A DNA stretch of 63,107 nucleotides, counting the filler, from Candidatus Babelota bacterium (GTDB lineage: Bacteria > JAGOBX01), in NCBI GenBank assembly GCA_017999075.1. It is 12 parts of 12 records of this genome, joined end to end, with 100 filler letters (N's around TTAATTAATTAA, not from the genome) between each part and the next. Parts side by side here need not be neighbours in the genome. Positions count along the whole stretch, not along the records: positions 59,954 to 63,107 come from JAGOBX010000485.1; 11 more parts are not named here. The stretch is one strand, 5' to 3'. Every line of letters begins with the position of its first letter. Within the stretch, counting starts at the first letter, position 1. Below the pieces are notes generated by a model. It did no database searches. It had not been told where the DNA came from and was given only the letters and a program-made list of their open reading frames with translations. Made by a program: the position numbers and the translations under genes. Below are positions 60,209 through 63,107 of the stretch, piece by piece.

Positions 60209-62818
60209 TTATTGGGATTGAAGGGATTCTGTTATATCTGAATATGCTTCATGAAGATTTTCATATCTGTCTTCTTTTTTTATTTCAAGAAATTTTTTGA
60301 GAATATTTATCATAATACCATAATTTTCCTTAAAATTATCACTAAAAAGCGAATCAATGTCAGGATTCATATGAAGCATTAAAGTTGACATCATATCCTT
60401 GCCTTCAAACAATACTTTACCTGTAAGCATTTCATATATTATACAACCGATTGCATAATAATCAGTTCGGTAATCTACAGGCGAGCAGCTTATCTGTTCC
60501 GGAGCCATATACTGAACAGTGCCTGAAATATTTTGATCTATCGATACAGTAACATCGTCAGAAACATTTTTAGCAAGACCAAAATCAAGAACTTTAAGAT
60601 TGCTTTTTTTGTCAATCATAAAATTTTCAGGTTTTAAATCGCGGTGAACAATATTTACCTGACGGGCATATTCCATGGCATTAAATATTTGTTTCAAATA
60701 TTTAATCGTAAGTTCTTTTCCAAAACCGTTAGAATACTCTTCCATAAGCAATTCTTTCATAGTCTTTCCTTCAAAATATTCCATCGATATATACCATTTC
60801 TCTTTGTCAAGCTGACCTAAATCGTAAATTGATATTATATTAGGATGATTAAATTTAGCTGCAATTTTAGCTTCTTTCATTGCTTTTTCAATCATATCAT
60901 CCCCTCTGTATTTCATTATTTTAAGAGCAACTTGACGGTCAAGACTCGTATCATGAGCAAGAAAAACTTCGCCCATTCCTCCTTTCCCAATAAGATTTTT
61001 AAGGGTATACCGTTCTATCTTAAATTTTTCACGAGAATTGACAAGCAACGATTCGCTTATTTTCTTATATTTTTCAATTTCCTGATTTTGCTTATGCTGC
61101 TCAGCTTCATTAACAAGCCTCATAGTATCTTCAAGAAGTTTATCAGCATCAAGATATTTTAGTTCTGTTATAAGTATTTCTTCAAAAATATTTTTTGCTT
61201 TAAAATAATTTCCTAATGTTTTATGCAATTTACCCAATTTATATGTCAATTCAATTTTAATTGTTTTATCCGTTTCCTTATCAAGTATGGATTCAAGAAA
61301 CTTTATTGCGAGATTGCTCTTATCCAGTTTTATCCATGAATCAAGAATAACATCTAAAGCTTTATATTTAAATTGAGTATTGTTTTTCACATGATACATA
61401 CCATTTTCTATTGCAGTATCATATCTTTCAGTTTCAAAATGTATCTGCATAAGCATATAATAACATTTGGTAACCATTTCTGTGGAAGGATTAAATTGAA
61501 TAATAAACTCAAGCAGCTTTTCAGAATAATTATTTTTATCAATAAATTTTCTGCAGTATTCTGTTATAGTATGCCTTGCAGAAGAATTTTTAGCAAACTT
61601 TTCAGAAAAATTCAGAAGTTGTTCAAGATCGTCTAACTGATACATGCAGTCAAATAATCTTTTTATTTCAGAATAATTTTTTGTAATATCAGTATATTGG
61701 ACAAAATAATATAAAGCTTCTGAATACTCGCCTGTCTGATATGAAAGATTTGCAAGCCTTTTTATAAAATTCGTATCTTCAGCATTGCAATACGAAAGAT
61801 AAACTTTCAAATAATAAATCTCATACTCTATATTTTCCAAAACACTGTATATTGATATCATTGAAGAAATGCAATAACAGTATTCATATCCTGCATTTAT
61901 CATTTCAAGATAATAAGCTATTGCTCCATCATAATCTTTCTGTTCTGTAAGTATATACGCAAGAACTTTTTTCACATCATAGTTTTCAGGATATTTTTCA
62001 ATCAGCATCTCAAAAAAAATCCTGGCGTAATTAAACGAATTAGAATTATAAAAATACATGCTTAACGCAAGATAAAAATCCTGTTGAAAAATTTCCGTTT
62101 CTGAAGAAACTTTTTTAACAATAACATTTACAGCAGAATCAATCTGTATATTCTGTCCCGCGGCCGTATGATTCAAAATCTCAATAATATCATCGGAAGA
62201 TTTTAAACCCACAAAAGCTTCAATAAAATTCGAATAAGAATCTATAGAAGAAATAATAATTCCGCTGTAATAATAAGATTTCAGGTTTGATATTTCTCTG
62301 TATTTTTTTTTATTAACATAAATATCAAATAATTGATTTATAATTTCCGGTCTTTCAACATCTTCTCCTGCAGCTTTCAGTTCTTCATATTTCACTAAAT
62401 AAGAATCATAATCTTTTTTTTCAAAATAATAATTAATGGATTCATTCAAAAGACGTTTTTTTTCTTCAGGATAAGTTTCAATGATTAAATACAGAGTAGA
62501 TTCATATTCTTCATAAATGCAATTATGTTTATATACATCATTTATAAACAAATTAACAGTTTTTAAAGTTAATTCTATATCTTTTCTATACTCTTTAGAA
62601 ACAGGAATGAAAAAAAATGAAAATTTTTTTTTCGATTTTTCAACTTTCTTTTTTAAATTGATAATTTCAGAAACCAAAACCTTTTCAGGTTCAAAATCAA
62701 ATAAAGACAAATATTTATAAATTTTATTTTTAGTTATTTTATATACAATTTTTATAAAAAAAATATATATGAAAAATATCAAAACTATTGCTGCAATTGC
62801 TATTATCGAATATATCAT
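60209..62818 (-). CDS. Hanks-type Ser/Thr protein kinase with N-terminal TM anchor and TPR-like region
   Basis: GKGGMGEV, VALK, HRDLKPEN, DFGLAK, GTVQYMAPE in the C-terminal part. Confidence 0.93.
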   Translation of the reverse strand: MIYSIIAIAAIVLIFFIYIFFIKIVYKITKNKIYKYLSLFDFEPEKVLVSEIINLKKKVEKSKKKFSFFFIPVSKEYRKDIELTLKTVNLFINDVYKHNCIYEEYESTLYLIIETYPEEKKRLLNESINYYFEKKDYDSYLVKYEELKAAGEDVERPEIINQLFDIYVNKKKYREISNLKSYYYSGIIISSIDSYSNFIEAFVGLKSSDDIIEILNHTAAGQNIQIDSAVNVIVKKVSSETEIFQQDFYLALSMYFYNSNSFNYARIFFEMLIEKYPENYDVKKVLAYILTEQKDYDGAIAYYLEMINAGYEYCYCISSMISIYSVLENIEYEIYYLKVYLSYCNAEDTNFIKRLANLSYQTGEYSEALYYFVQYTDITKNYSEIKRLFDCMYQLDDLEQLLNFSEKFAKNSSARHTITEYCRKFIDKNNYSEKLLEFIIQFNPSTEMVTKCYYMLMQIHFETERYDTAIENGMYHVKNNTQFKYKALDVILDSWIKLDKSNLAIKFLESILDKETDKTIKIELTYKLGKLHKTLGNYFKAKNIFEEILITELKYLDADKLLEDTMRLVNEAEQHKQNQEIEKYKKISESLLVNSREKFKIERYTLKNLIGKGGMGEVFLAHDTSLDRQVALKIMKYRGDDMIEKAMKEAKIAAKFNHPNIISIYDLGQLDKEKWYISMEYFEGKTMKELLMEEYSNGFGKELTIKYLKQIFNAMEYARQVNIVHRDLKPENFMIDKKSNLKVLDFGLAKNVSDDVTVSIDQNISGTVQYMAPEQISCSPVDYRTDYYAIGCIIYEMLTGKVLFEGKDMMSTLMLHMNPDIDSLFSDNFKENYGIMINILKKFLEIKKEDRYENLHEAYSDITESLQSQ

Positions 62819-63107
62819 ATTTTTACAACTATACTATTATTTTGATGCTTTTAGATTTTTATATTTTTTTTATTTATTAAAATTATTAAAATATCTTAAT
62901 TTTATCACTTAATATTTTTTTGTCAATGATAAAAAAACTTGTTTTTCCAAATTTTAAATCTATAATAGAACTTTATGTTGTTCATAAAAATATTTTTAAC
63001 ATAAAATTATGACATAATTAAAAAATCAGTATTTCAGGATATTTTTTAATTTACAATTTTTTTATTTTATTTTTTTAATAAGAAGTTATCATTGAAAATT
63101 ATAATTG

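Overview
AT-rich bacterial draft genome (probably a MAG) made of 12 contigs joined by artificial 100-nt linkers (N44-TTAATTAATTAA-N44), so adjacency across linkers has no biological meaning. Contig 1 (1-15162) looks like a mobile defence island. It carries a SNF2 helicase-DUF4391-Mod-RhuM-Res Type III restriction-modification operon, with rhuM split by a 664-bp IS200-type element. Next come an 11-copy, 34-bp-period array of ATTGAC-N7-GTCAAT palindromes, a patch of 7/9-mer microsatellites, a ribbon-helix-helix-like gene and the start of a coupling-protein-like P-loop ATPase. The other contigs carry polysaccharide genes (glycosyltransferases, wza, wzc), the smc 3' end, a chemosensory cluster (cheA-cheW-HEAT-cheR-cheB, partner-switching pair, double FapA/Jag protein), an IS1380-family element with IRs and target duplication, a methyltransferase followed by SIR2-HerA, and housekeeping genes (hemL, ppk2/pap, HU/IHF, comEC, comEA, xdhC, xseA, trmH-type, FKBP, Ser/Thr kinase). 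No rRNA, tRNA or CRISPR was recognised. The best candidate for an undescribed system is the palindrome array with its neighbouring RHH-like and ATPase genes. All calls come from reading motifs by eye; no database searches were run.
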